Shown here piece by piece: positions 9,234-19,564 of a stretch of 64,000 nt of DNA. A model generated the notes under the pieces. That model had not been told where the DNA came from, did not search any database, and saw nothing but the letters and a program-made list of their open reading frames with translations. The stretch's first letter is position 1. Each line of letters begins with the position of its first letter. The position numbers and the translations under genes were made by a program. This DNA is from an uncultured Chloroflexia bacterium (GTDB lineage Bacteria; Chloroflexota; Limnocylindria; Limnocylindrales; CSP1-4): the NCBI GenBank assembly GCA_963813535.1, contig CAWEZH010000002.1, positions 1,248,001-1,312,000 of the forward strand. Reading direction: 5' to 3'.

Positions 9234-10219
9234 ACATCGGCGTCCCAGGCGCCGATCGCATCACGGACAGCCGCGGAGATGGATCCCGACGCCGTCGCAC
9301 CCGTCAGTCGATCGAGCCCGAGCAAGGCCGACCCCGCGACGGGCGGCGCCATCAGCCCCGTCACATCGGCAGCCGGCGCGATCGCCGCGATCCCGGCCGC
9401 GATGCGTTCCCGAAAGGCGGCGTCGCGCGTCCGGAACACGCCTCCTGCCAACACGACGTCGGGGTCGCGGCGCGTCAGATGCAGTCGCCGGATCATCGCT
9501 CCGGCCATCACGACGATCTCGTCGGCGAGGCGGTCGACGATGCGGCGGGCGGCCGCATCTCCGGCTCCCGCCGCCGCGAACACGACGGGTGACAGCTCTC
9601 CGATACGTGCCTCGGCGATGCGGCCCGTGTACATCGCCGATGTCACCGCGGCCGGCGACGACAGACCGAAATGGGCCGGGACGTCCTGCTCCAGGCGAGT
9701 GCGCGGTCCCCGGCCGTCACGTGCCCGGACGGCCGCCGCCAGACCCTCCCAGCCCACGTCCGTCCCGCCGCCCCAGTCACCCGAGATATCGCCAAGCGCG
9801 TCGAGGCGGACACTCCGGCCGTCCGGCGCGACCCCGGCGGCGTTGACGCCCTGGCCGCAGATGACCACGACGCCCCACGAGCGATCCGTTCCGGCACGTA
9901 GCGCTCCGAACGCATCGTTGAGCACCACGAGCTGCTCGGCGAAACCGCGCTCGTCGAGGGCGGCCGTCAGGGTGTTGACATCGTCACGGGTGTCCGCGCC
10001 CGCGAGCGTGTACACCGCGATGTCGGGGCGCGCGTCCAGCCGGGCCCCAGCGGACGCCTCCGCCACGAGCCCCGCCATCCGCTCCATGCCCGCGCCCAGG
10101 CCGACCGCCTGGTGCGAGCTCGTCGACCCGCGTGCCGCCGCCAGCAGGCGCCCGTCCTCGTCGACGATCGCCACATCCGTCTTCGAGTTCCCGCCGTCGA
10201 CGGCGAGGACCGTCCTCAC
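9164..10219 (-). CDS. BadF/BadG/BcrA/BcrD (GlcNAc-kinase-like) sugar kinase
   Basis: VLAVDGGNSKT, VLND, GDWGGG, VLAGGV; GTG start overlaps the deacetylase stop. Confidence 0.9.
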   Translation of the reverse strand: MRTVLAVDGGNSKTDVAIVDEDGRLLAAARGSTSSHQAVGLGAGMERMAGLVAEASAGARLDARPDIAVYTLAGADTRDDVNTLTAALDERGFAEQLVVLNDAFGALRAGTDRSWGVVVICGQGVNAAGVAPDGRSVRLDALGDISGDWGGGTDVGWEGLAAAVRARDGRGPRTRLEQDVPAHFGLSSPAAVTSAMYTGRIAEARIGELSPVVFAAAGAGDAAARRIVDRLADEIVVMAGAMIRRLHLTRRDPDVVLAGGVFRTRDAAFRERIAAGIAAIAPAADVTGLMAPPVAGSALLGLDRLTGATASGSISAAVRDAIGAWDADVQRSVSGPPPRSRANSARSGKPA

Positions 10220-10818
10220 CCCAGCGCGTCCAGCCGTACGAAGCTGGCACCGGCATCTCGCAGACCGCTGATGAGCGGCGCGAGGCCGAGGCCCGTGGCC
10301 ATCGTCCAGGGGTGGAGCAGAAGGATCGCACCGTCGCCACGCGCGACCGCATCTCGCGTCATCTGGCGGGCCATCCCCCGCCCGCGCATGCTCGGGCGCC
10401 AGTCGGCGCCGTCCACGTCCCAATGGACCTCGCGGTAGCCCAGCCGCTCGATACCGGCCCGTACCCTCGCATCGTCGGTCCCGGCGCCGAACGGGCAGCG
10501 GAACCAGGGTTTGGGGTCGACCCCCGTGGCCGCGACGATCGCCCGTTCCGCGGCGCGGATATCGGTGGCCAGACCGGACGGTGACAGGAGCGGCATCCGC
10601 GCATGGTAGAAGGAGTGGTTGCCGATGAGGTGGCCTCGCTCCGCGACCGAGCGCGCCAGGTCCGGGTAGGCCTCCGCCCAGCGACCCTGGATGAAGAACG
10701 TGGCCTTGACGCGCTCTTTGTCGAGCAGGTCCAGGACGCCCTCGGTCCCGCCGGAGTTGTGCGGGCGGTCGGGATGCTCGGCGTCGAAGGTCAGCGCGAC
10801 GCGGAACGTCATCGCCAC
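10216..10818 (-). CDS. Polysaccharide deacetylase (NodB/CE4)
   Basis: VALTFD, ATFF, GNHSFYH, FRCPFG, ILLLH. Confidence 0.92.
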   Translation of the reverse strand: MAMTFRVALTFDAEHPDRPHNSGGTEGVLDLLDKERVKATFFIQGRWAEAYPDLARSVAERGHLIGNHSFYHARMPLLSPSGLATDIRAAERAIVAATGVDPKPWFRCPFGAGTDDARVRAGIERLGYREVHWDVDGADWRPSMRGRGMARQMTRDAVARGDGAILLLHPWTMATGLGLAPLISGLRDAGASFVRLDALG

Positions 10819-10842
10819 ATCGCTCGAGAGGTCACCCCGGCG

Positions 10843-11946
10843 TCACTTCTCGACGCCGGTGATGACGATGCCGCGGGTGAAGAACCGCTGGGTCAGCAGG
10901 AAGGCGACGACCGGGATGATGAGCGTCATCAGGGTGCCAGCCTGGATCAGCCCGGGCTCGCGATAGTAGATCCCGTTGAACCGCTGCAGGCCCAGAGCGA
11001 CGGTCTGCAGATCGACCCGCCCGGCCGTGTACAGCAGCGGCCCGAAGAAATCGTTCCACGAGTAGACGAGGTGGAAGACCGCGACGGCCACCACGACCGG
11101 CCATGCCTGCGGCAGGACGACCGAGATCAGGGTCCGGAACGGACCGGCACCGTCGATGGCTGCCGCCTCGTCCATGTCGGTCGGGATCGTCATGAAGTAC
11201 TGGCGCATCAGGAACACGTCGTAGGCGTTCGCGAAGAAGGCCGGTACGAGCAATGGCAGCCAGGTCCCGACCCAGCCGATCTTCTGGAACACGGTGTAGG
11301 TCGGGATGATCGTCACAGCCGCCGGCAGGAAGATCGTCGCGATCAGGAGTGTGAAGAGAAAGCCCCTGCCCGGGAACCGGAACCGGGCGAATCCGTACGC
11401 CACGAGGATGCACGAGATGAGCGTGCCGATGGTCGACACGACCGCGATGAAGATCGTGTTGAACAGCAGCCGCGGGTAGTCGATCAGGTCCCAGACCTCG
11501 GCGAAGTTCTCCCAATGCGGCGCGAACTGCCAGGCGGGCTCCAGCGTCCGCCACGATCCCACCCATTCGATGGGCGGGGCTGTCGGAGCCACCGGGTCGA
11601 TGAACGTGCTGCGCCGGCGCGCCGGCTCGAACAACGCGAGCTGGCGCGTCGTGCCGTCCGGCAGCGGGACGTTGAGGATGGGCAGTTGCTCGCCCTGGTA
11701 CTCGAACGTCACCGGGTCGGCCGGGTAGAGCGGCGAATGTGCTTGCGTGATCTGGTCGAGGCTCTTGAGCGAGTACGAGATCGAGCGGAGCATCGGCGAG
11801 AGGAATGCGGCCACCGTGAGGACCGCGATCAGCGTCAGCAGGAAGGACTTCGTGTTGTCGCCCTTCTCGCGCGGGGGCCGGCTACCGGCGGCTCTCCTGC
11901 CCCGCCGTCCCACGAGGCCACGACCGGCCACCGAGAAGGCGGTCAT
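10843..11946 (-). CDS. Carbohydrate ABC transporter permease
   Basis: EAAAIDGA loop, AYGFARFRFPG, WNDFFGPLLY. Confidence 0.95.
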   Translation of the reverse strand: MTAFSVAGRGLVGRRGRRAAGSRPPREKGDNTKSFLLTLIAVLTVAAFLSPMLRSISYSLKSLDQITQAHSPLYPADPVTFEYQGEQLPILNVPLPDGTTRQLALFEPARRRSTFIDPVAPTAPPIEWVGSWRTLEPAWQFAPHWENFAEVWDLIDYPRLLFNTIFIAVVSTIGTLISCILVAYGFARFRFPGRGFLFTLLIATIFLPAAVTIIPTYTVFQKIGWVGTWLPLLVPAFFANAYDVFLMRQYFMTIPTDMDEAAAIDGAGPFRTLISVVLPQAWPVVVAVAVFHLVYSWNDFFGPLLYTAGRVDLQTVALGLQRFNGIYYREPGLIQAGTLMTLIIPVVAFLLTQRFFTRGIVITGVEK

Positions 11947-12890
11947 CGTGCGTCACCCGCGTAGTAGACCCATCGCCGGGCGGTCCCGAACAGCAGCAAG
12001 GTGATCGCCAGGGTGATCACGAACAGGAGCCACGCCAGCGTCGCGCCGTACGACATGTTCTGGAACGTGAAGAAGTTCTTGTAGAGATAGAGGTTGTAGA
12101 ACATCGTCGAGCCGCCCGGTTCGCCGGTGCCCTCCTGCAGGACGAGCGGCACGAGGAAGTATTGGAGCACCTCCACGACCGACAGCACGATCGTGTAGAA
12201 GATGACCGGGGTGAGCATCGGCACCGTGATATGGCGCAGCGACTGCCAGGCGCCGGCCCCGTCGATCTTGGCCGCCTCGTACAGGTCCGTCGGGATCCCC
12301 TTGAGCGCGGCCAGGTAGACGATCATCCCGGCGCCGATCCCCCACACGCCGATGAGCGCCAATCCCGGGTAGACCCACGACGGGTCCTCGAGCCAGCCGG
12401 GCGGGTCCTGCACGCCGATGGCCTCGAGCGCAGCGTTGATCCAACCGGTCTCCGGGTTGAGCATCCCGCCCCAGATGAACACGGTCGCCACGAATGGCAC
12501 CACGAAGGGCAGGAAGAACAGGATCCGGAAGGCGCCGGATCCGCGGAGATGCCGCGAATGCAGCATCAGCGCGACCAGCAGGGGCAGGATCACGGCGAGT
12601 GGCAGGGCCAGCGCCGCGAACTTGAACGTGATCCCCAGGGAGGTCCACGTCTGCTGGTCGCGCAGCAGCGTCTCGTAGTTCTTGAGCCCCACGAACTGGA
12701 GCGGCTGGGACTGGGTGAGATTGATATTGGTGAACGAGAAGACGAGCGTCGCGACCATCGGGAAGGCCGTGAACAGCACGAACCCGATGAGCCAGGGCGC
12801 GATGAAGACGTACCCCCAGCGCGCGCGCCGCCAGCCGAGACCGGAGAAGCGGGGCAGGCTGCGCGGGCGCGCGACGCTGGGGGCGACCAT
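11943..12890 (-). CDS. Sugar ABC transporter permease
   Basis: FVGLKNY, LYEAAKIDGA, GYGATLAW-like segment. Confidence 0.95.
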   Translation of the reverse strand: MVAPSVARPRSLPRFSGLGWRRARWGYVFIAPWLIGFVLFTAFPMVATLVFSFTNINLTQSQPLQFVGLKNYETLLRDQQTWTSLGITFKFAALALPLAVILPLLVALMLHSRHLRGSGAFRILFFLPFVVPFVATVFIWGGMLNPETGWINAALEAIGVQDPPGWLEDPSWVYPGLALIGVWGIGAGMIVYLAALKGIPTDLYEAAKIDGAGAWQSLRHITVPMLTPVIFYTIVLSVVEVLQYFLVPLVLQEGTGEPGGSTMFYNLYLYKNFFTFQNMSYGATLAWLLFVITLAITLLLFGTARRWVYYAGDAR

Positions 12891-12893
12891 CGA

Positions 12894-14381
12894 TCAGCTG
12901 CCGCCCGCGTCCCAGGCGGCTTGCATCTCCTTACGCATCGCCTCGATCTCGGCCGTCAGGTCGAGACCGGGCGTGGTCTGCCACTTGGTGCCGTACGTAT
13001 TGATCAGGTCCAGCGTCTTGTTGTACGCCGGCATGTAGGACTCGAAGTTCGGGACGTCGGCGAACGCAACGCCCTCCTTCGGGACTTTCGTGTCGATGCC
13101 CTGTGCGTAGTCCTTGAACTGGGCCTCCAGGAACGCATCCTGCTTGGACTCGACGGCCGGCATGCCGCCGTACAGCGACAACAGGTCCTCGTTGGCCAGC
13201 AGGTACTGGAGCACCTCGAACGCCTGATCCGGATTCTTGGTGGTCTTCATGATCCGCCACGTATCGGCGTTGAACGCCGCGGTGGTCTTGCCCTTGTAGG
13301 CGGGCGTGGCCGCCATGTTCCAGTCGTCGCCCGCGTCGGAGACGCAGTAGGTCGACCACAGGTAGTTCGTGCTCATCGCGACTTTGCCCGCGCAGAACGG
13401 ATAGCCCGCGGGGTTGAGGTCGGTGGTCTCGAACTGCGGACCGGTCATGCTGAAATGGTCGGTCCAGATGCCGTCATAGAAGTGCTTCCACGCCGCCGCC
13501 CACGCCTCTGGGATCTGGGCGGTCTTGCCGTCCGCGGCCATGAACCCGCCGGCTCCGAAGTAGGCGCCCGTCTGACGCAGGTCGTCACGCTGTGGCTCGA
13601 AGCCCCACTGGACGATCTTCTCAGGATCGAAGTCAGCCTCGGAGGCATCCGCGCCGTTCTCGTCGACGGTCAGGATCTTGGCGATCTCGCGGATCGTGTC
13701 GTAGTCCCACGGCCGCTTCGAGCCGTCGGGCATCGTGTACTCGGCGTTCCAGGCGTGGGGCGGCTCTTCGAGACCCGCCTCCTTGAACATGTCGGCCTTG
13801 TAGAACAGGACGGATGGGTAGATCGCATACGGGATGCCGACCTGGCCTTCGCCGCCGGCGTTGTAGAGCTCGACCGTCGACTCGGGGAACTGCGACATGT
13901 CGAAACCGGCCTTGTCGATGTACGGCTGGAGATCGAGCCACTGGCCGTGGAAGGCCTCGGCACCACCGATGCCCACCGGGCCGACGATATCGGGACCGTT
14001 TCCGGCTCCGAGCTGGACCGCGAGCGCGTCACGCGCGGCCGCGTAGACGAATCCCTCGAACTGGAGATGGATGCCTGGGTGCGAGGCATTGAAGTCCTCG
14101 GCCACCTTGCGTTCCACCTCGACCTGTTCTGGCGCGTCTCCGGTGCCCAGGCAGCAGTACCAGCGGATGATCACGTCACCCGGCTTGGCCTGCGAGTCCG
14201 TGTTGGGCAGCGGCGTCGGCGGCGGCGGACTACCCGACGCGGACGCGCCGGCGGACGGGTCGACCGATGCGACCGCCGTCGAGCCCGACGGCGCCACGCT
14301 CGACGTCGGCTGTCCGCAGGCCGCGAACAGAAGCGCCAGCACGGCTAGAAGGACGGCGAACCGTCCCAGACCCACTCTCAT
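12894..14381 (-). CDS. Sugar ABC substrate-binding lipoprotein
   Basis: Lipobox LFAAC, Pro/Ser linker, GNGPDIV, LFYKADMFKEAGL. Confidence 0.92.
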   Translation of the reverse strand: MRVGLGRFAVLLAVLALLFAACGQPTSSVAPSGSTAVASVDPSAGASASGSPPPPTPLPNTDSQAKPGDVIIRWYCCLGTGDAPEQVEVERKVAEDFNASHPGIHLQFEGFVYAAARDALAVQLGAGNGPDIVGPVGIGGAEAFHGQWLDLQPYIDKAGFDMSQFPESTVELYNAGGEGQVGIPYAIYPSVLFYKADMFKEAGLEEPPHAWNAEYTMPDGSKRPWDYDTIREIAKILTVDENGADASEADFDPEKIVQWGFEPQRDDLRQTGAYFGAGGFMAADGKTAQIPEAWAAAWKHFYDGIWTDHFSMTGPQFETTDLNPAGYPFCAGKVAMSTNYLWSTYCVSDAGDDWNMAATPAYKGKTTAAFNADTWRIMKTTKNPDQAFEVLQYLLANEDLLSLYGGMPAVESKQDAFLEAQFKDYAQGIDTKVPKEGVAFADVPNFESYMPAYNKTLDLINTYGTKWQTTPGLDLTAEIEAMRKEMQAAWDAGGS

Positions 14382-14421
14382 GATCCGTTCCTCCGAATGC
14401 GATGGCCGATGGATCTCGTCG

Positions 14422-15216
14422 TCATTCGCTCGCTCCTCCGATGCGTGCCATGGCTTCGACCGCGACCGACCGGATCGGCCGGTCGACCTCACGTTCGACG
14501 TAGTACCTGGAGCGATCGCCGCGGACGAACGTCCGGCCGAACTCGACCGGATCGCCGTCGGCGTCGAACGCGATGCCTTCGATGAGCAGCGCCGGCGAAC
14601 CCGGTCGCTGATCCAGGAGGCGAGATTCTCGAGCCCGGAGGAGGACGGGCTCGAGAGCCTCGCGTGCGCGAACGACCTGCGTCGAATAGCGCGTGGACAG
14701 GAGTTCGTAGAGGGAGCCGTGCTCGAGGTCGCTCGCGAGAAGACCGGGGAAGCGCTCCGCCGACAGGTGGACCTGCTCGAGCAGGTAGGGCTCGCCGCTG
14801 GCCAGACGGAGACGCTCGAGGTACAGGATCGGCGAACCGGTCTCGAGAGCGAGCGCACCGGCCACCGTGACGGATGCCGACTCGGGTCGAGCCGAGATCA
14901 GCCGTGTCTCGGGATCCAGGCCACGCTGACGCATCTCCTCGGAGAAGCTGGCACGACCGGCGATGTCGCGATCCATCCGTGGATGGAGCACGAACGTGCC
15001 GCGGCCGCGGGTCCGTTCGATGCGGCCCTCGCGCACGAGCTCATCGAGCGCTCGCCTGATGGTGATCAGGCTGCAGCCGTAGTCCTGGGCGAGCTCGCGT
15101 TCGGTCGGCAGTTGATGGCCTGGCGCCCATCGACCCGAATCGAGGGAGGCGCGCAGGTCGAGATAGACCTGGTGGTGCATCGGGACGGGGCCGAGCTCGA
15201 GCCGGAACCGAGCCAA
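14422..15216 (-). CDS. GntR (HutC/UTRA) family regulator
   Basis: LPTERELA..SLITIRRAL..RGRGTFV plus UTRA domain. Confidence 0.93.
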   Translation of the reverse strand: MARFRLELGPVPMHHQVYLDLRASLDSGRWAPGHQLPTERELAQDYGCSLITIRRALDELVREGRIERTRGRGTFVLHPRMDRDIAGRASFSEEMRQRGLDPETRLISARPESASVTVAGALALETGSPILYLERLRLASGEPYLLEQVHLSAERFPGLLASDLEHGSLYELLSTRYSTQVVRAREALEPVLLRARESRLLDQRPGSPALLIEGIAFDADGDPVEFGRTFVRGDRSRYYVEREVDRPIRSVAVEAMARIGGASE

Positions 15217-15277
15217 CGGAAGCGCTCCTCCTCCTGGATCCGACCGTCCATCTGATGGGTATTGCGCGAGGTCCGAA

Positions 15278-15297
15278 TGCTGATAACGTTATAAGCA
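15278..15297. promoter_or_regulatory. Near-perfect palindrome, candidate GntR operator
   Basis: TGCTGATAACGTTATAAGCA in the AT-rich divergent gap; TTGACA on the minus strand at 15302-15307. Confidence 0.65.
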
Positions 15298-15323
15298 ATC
15301 GTGTCAAGACCCCCGGAGGTGGG

Positions 15324-16592
15324 ATGGGGACGAAGATCACGGTCGTCGGGGCCGGGAGCACGTACACGCCCGAGTTGGTCGAGGGCTTCGCGCGTCGTGG
15401 GGACCGTCTGCCCATCGACGAGCTCGTGCTGCTGGACATCGATCCCGAGCGCCTCGAGATCGTGGGCGGTCTGGCGCAGCGCATGCTCGACCGGCTGGGC
15501 TGGACGGGTCGGGTGACGCTCACCGGCGATCGAGACGCAGCGATCGACGGGGCCGACTTCGTGCTCCTCCAACTGCGGGTCGGCGGTCAGGCCGCACGTC
15601 TGGTCGACGAGACGCTGCCGCTTCGGTACGGGGTCATCGGTCAGGAGACGACCGGGGCGGGCGGGTTCGCCAAGGCGCTGCGGACCGTGCCGCGCGTGCT
15701 CGAGCTCGCGGAGCTCACCGCGAAGCGGGCGGCCAAGGACGCGTGGATCGTCGACTTCACCAATCCGGTCGGGATCGTCACCCAGGCACTCATCGACGAT
15801 GGCCATCGAGCGCTCGGGCTGTGCAACGTGGCCATCACGCTCCAGCGTCGCCTTGCGGCACGGTTCAACGTGGCCCCGGAGCGGGTCGAGCTCGAACACG
15901 TCGGGCTGAACCACCTGAGCTGGGAGCGGGCCGTCCGCGTCGATGGGGAGGACCGACTCGCGGACCTGCTCGACGAGGATGCGGACGAGCTCGCCGAGGA
16001 ACTGCGGATGCCGGCGGACATGATCCGCTGGATGCGCGCGATCCCGTCCTCCTACATCCGCTACTACTACATGACGCGGACCGTGCTCGCTGAGCAGCAG
16101 GACGGCCACACTCGAGCTCGTGATGTGATGGACATCGAGGCTCGTCTCCTCGAGATGTACCGCGACCCGGCGCTCAACGAGAAGCCCGAGCTCCTCGATC
16201 ATCGCGGCGGGGCGTTCTACAGCGAGGCCGCGGCGCAGCTCATCGCATCCCTCCACGACGGCGCCGGCGACGTGCAGGTCGTCGACGTTCGGAACGACGG
16301 CGCGATCCCGGACCTGCCCGACGACGCGGTCGTCGAGATCCCGGCCGTCATCGACCGTGATGGCGCCCATCCCATCCGGCTCGCGCCGCTGGCGCCCGAG
16401 CAGCGCGCACTCGTGCAGGCCGTCAAGGCCTACGAGGAGCTGACGATCGAGGCAGCGAAGAGCGGCGACCGAACGGTGGCATTGCGCGCGCTGGCCACGA
16501 ACCCGCTCGTCGGAGCTGAGGTCGCGGGACCCCTCCTCGAGGCGATCCTCGAGGCCGACGCCCACCATCTGGAGCGGTTCGCCACCCGCTGA
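15324..16592 (+). CDS. GH4 6-phospho-beta-glucosidase
   Basis: KITVVGAGSTYTPEL, GQETTGAGG, FTNP, GLCN, GLNH; GGAGG RBS. Confidence 0.93.
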   Translation: MGTKITVVGAGSTYTPELVEGFARRGDRLPIDELVLLDIDPERLEIVGGLAQRMLDRLGWTGRVTLTGDRDAAIDGADFVLLQLRVGGQAARLVDETLPLRYGVIGQETTGAGGFAKALRTVPRVLELAELTAKRAAKDAWIVDFTNPVGIVTQALIDDGHRALGLCNVAITLQRRLAARFNVAPERVELEHVGLNHLSWERAVRVDGEDRLADLLDEDADELAEELRMPADMIRWMRAIPSSYIRYYYMTRTVLAEQQDGHTRARDVMDIEARLLEMYRDPALNEKPELLDHRGGAFYSEAAAQLIASLHDGAGDVQVVDVRNDGAIPDLPDDAVVEIPAVIDRDGAHPIRLAPLAPEQRALVQAVKAYEELTIEAAKSGDRTVALRALATNPLVGAEVAGPLLEAILEADAHHLERFATR

Positions 16593-16720
16593 CGGGACGT
16601 CGGGACGCAGGCTGCCGATAGACATCCGTCACGAAGCGGGGGCCCGGCTCGTCCACCTCTTCGCGTGTCTTGCGCCATCCTATGCGCCGACATCGCCCCT
16701 TCCGCCGCCCGGAGATCCTC

Positions 16721-19523
16721 TTGTCATCCAGCTCTCGTTCGCACGCCTACCCGCGCCGCCCGGACCGTCCCTACGCCCCCCGCCGGTCGACCACCGGCTG
16801 GCTGGCGGTCATCGTCTTCGTCTTCCTCGCCGGCATCGGCATCATCGGCGCACTCTCGGCAGTCAGCGTCTATGCGGCCCTGGCGAACGGCCTCCCGCCC
16901 GTCTCCCGCCTCGAGGAGCTGCGCCTGCCCCAGGAGATCGTCGTTCTCGACCGGACCGGCACGACCGAGCTCGCACGGTTCGGTGAGTTCAAGCGCGAGG
17001 TCGTCCCGTTCGAGGAGATCCCGCCGGTGCTGCTCGACGCGACCACGGCAGTGGAGGACAAGACGTTCTGGGAGAACGCGGGCTTCGACCCGGCGGCCAT
17101 CGTGGCGGCCGGCCTGGATTCGATCCGAGGCGACAGCCGTGGTGCCTCCACCATCACGCAGCAGCTCGTCCGCGCCCGCCTGCTCGAGGACGATCTCGTC
17201 CAGGATCCCACGCGGACGGTCGAGCGGAAGCTCAAGGAGATCATCCAGTCGATCCGCCTGACCCGGGCGTATCCGGACGATGCGGGCAAGCGCCGGATCA
17301 TCGCGGCCTACCTGAACAACAACTACTACGGCAACCAGAGCTATGGCGTGAAGGCCGCCGCTCAGTCGTACTTCGGCAAGTCGCTCGACGAGCTGACGCC
17401 GGGCGAGGCGGCGACCCTCGCGGCCCTGCCGCAGTCCCCGTCGAACTACGACCTGGTGCGGAATGCGGTGTCGACCTGCGACGTCGAGCTGAACGACGAA
17501 GGTGTGTGCCCGCCTGCCGAAGAGCACCTGACCCTCGAACCGGACACCAAGATCGCCCAGCGGCGGGACGCCGTGCTCGAGCTGATGGCGGGCGGCCGCA
17601 TGCCGATGTCGGACGGGCAGTTCACCCCGGAGCAGCTCGAGGCCGAGAAGGGCAAGCCGATGGAGCTGGCGCGCCAGACGACACCGCCCTGGAAGGCGCC
17701 CCATTTCGTGTGGGCCGTCCAGGCGGAGCTCGCGAGGAAGGTCTGCGGCCCCGACACGCCGACCTGCACGCCGCTCGAGGAAGGCGGGCTCCGCGTCACG
17801 ACCACCCTCGATTGGGGACTGCAGCAGATCGCCGAGAAGTGGGTCAAGGCGTCGACCATCGCCCCGCACAACCGCAACCCGGAGCGGTTCGCGACGCGCG
17901 GCCTAGGATTTCGACGAGTATCCCGCCTGGATACGCAATCTCGAGAACAAGGACGTCCGCAACGGGGCGCTCGTCGCGATGGACTACCAGAGCGGCGAGA
18001 TCGTGGCCCACGTCGGTTCGGCGAACTACTACGCGTCGTCGAACAACCCGAAGTTCCAGCCGCAGTACGACGTCGTGACCCAGGGCTTCCGACAGCCGGG
18101 ATCCGCGTTCAAGCCGTTCAACTATGCCGTCGGCATCGACGAAGGCGCATTCACTGCCGGCGACATGCTGATGGACGTCGCGACCGACTTCGGTGGTGGC
18201 TACTCACCGACCGATGCCGACAACCTCGAGCGAGGCCCGGTCAGGGTCCGCGACGCGCTGCAGTTCTCGCTCAACATCCCCGCCGTCAAGGCCATGGCGC
18301 TCAATAGTCCCGAGCACATGTTCGCGCGGGCCAAGGACTTCGGGATGACCTTCCAGAGCGAGACCACCGATGCCGGCCTCGCGCTCGCGCTCGGCGTGGC
18401 GGAGACCCGCCCGATCGACCTCGTCGGTGCGTACGGCACGCTGGCCAATGGCGGCGTCCGCGTGGAGCAGACCTCGATCCTTCGCATCCAGGACGCCTCG
18501 GGCGAGGACATCGAGCTTCCCGCGCAACGTGAGCCGGTCCAGGTCATCAAGCCGCAATCGGCCTTCATCCTCACGGACATCCTCAGTGGCAACACCAACC
18601 AGCGCATCAACCCGTTCTGGGGCAAGTTCCGGGTCGTGGGCCCGGAGGGAGCGCGCCGGCCGGCCACTCTCAAGACCGGCACCAACAACGACGCCAAGGA
18701 CCTCAACGCCTACGGCTACATCGCGCCACCGACCGAGCAGGGCCGGCAGGACGGGGCGTACGCGCTGGCGGTCGGTGTGTGGAACGGCAACAGCGACAAC
18801 ACGCCGGTGTCGACCCCGGCTCGACCCGTGTTCTCGATCGACGTCTCCACGTTCGTCTGGCAGGGCTTCCTCCAGGAGGCGACCGAGAAGTGGGAGATCA
18901 CCCGCTTCTCCCGACCGGACAACGGGCTGACCCAGGTCGCTGTCGACCCGCTCACCGGGATGCTCCCCTCCGGGCAGACCGAGGGCGTCGACGAGTGGTT
19001 CCTGGCCGGCTCCGAGCCGACCACCAGGCTGCCGGCGGCTCGGTGCGGGATCCAGGCGCTGGAGGCCACCCGGCACGAGCCCAAGTTCCCGAACTGGATG
19101 GATGCGGACCGCGACTGGTTGCGACGCGCCCAGCGTGGTGTGGGGGTCGCCGGTGGCCCGGATCGGACCAGGACGGCGTACTTCTACAACGGCCAGTTCA
19201 GCCCCTACGGGCGGACGTGGCGCCCGTTCGTGACCCGCAACAACTGCGGCGCGTCTCCCAGCCCGACGCCGAGCTGCATCCCGTTGCCCACCCCGGACGA
19301 GAATGGCGTGATCCCATCGATCGCGATCCCGTCGCCATCCGGTTCCGAGGTCGCGGCGATCCCGTGCCCACCGGCATCGGGGGAGCCCAGCCCGAGCGAG
19401 GAGGTGCCTCCGACCCCGGAGCCCACCTCGGAGCCGACGCCCGAACCGACTCCGGAACCGACGGCCGAGCCGACCCCGGAGCCCACACCCGAGCCGACCG
19501 AGCCACCGGCCGAACCCTCCTGA
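16721..19523 (+). CDS. Class A penicillin-binding protein (transglycosylase plus transpeptidase), frameshift near 17910
   Basis: EDKTF, GASTITQQL and RKLKE in frame 1; GSAFKP, SLN and KTGT in frame 2; removing one T in ggatttcgac joins them (GLGFDEYPAWIRN). Confidence 0.9.
19405..19505 (+). repeat. PTPE tandem repeat in the PBP C-terminus
   Basis: About 8 degenerate 12-bp units. Confidence 0.75.
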
Positions 19524-19564
19524 CGCGTCACGCGACCGTCATCGGGTGACGCCACGATGAGCGC

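Noticed and set aside
12162-14348. 728-aa plus-strand ORF
   Set aside because: Antisense to well-supported ABC genes; long shadow ORFs are expected at this GC content.
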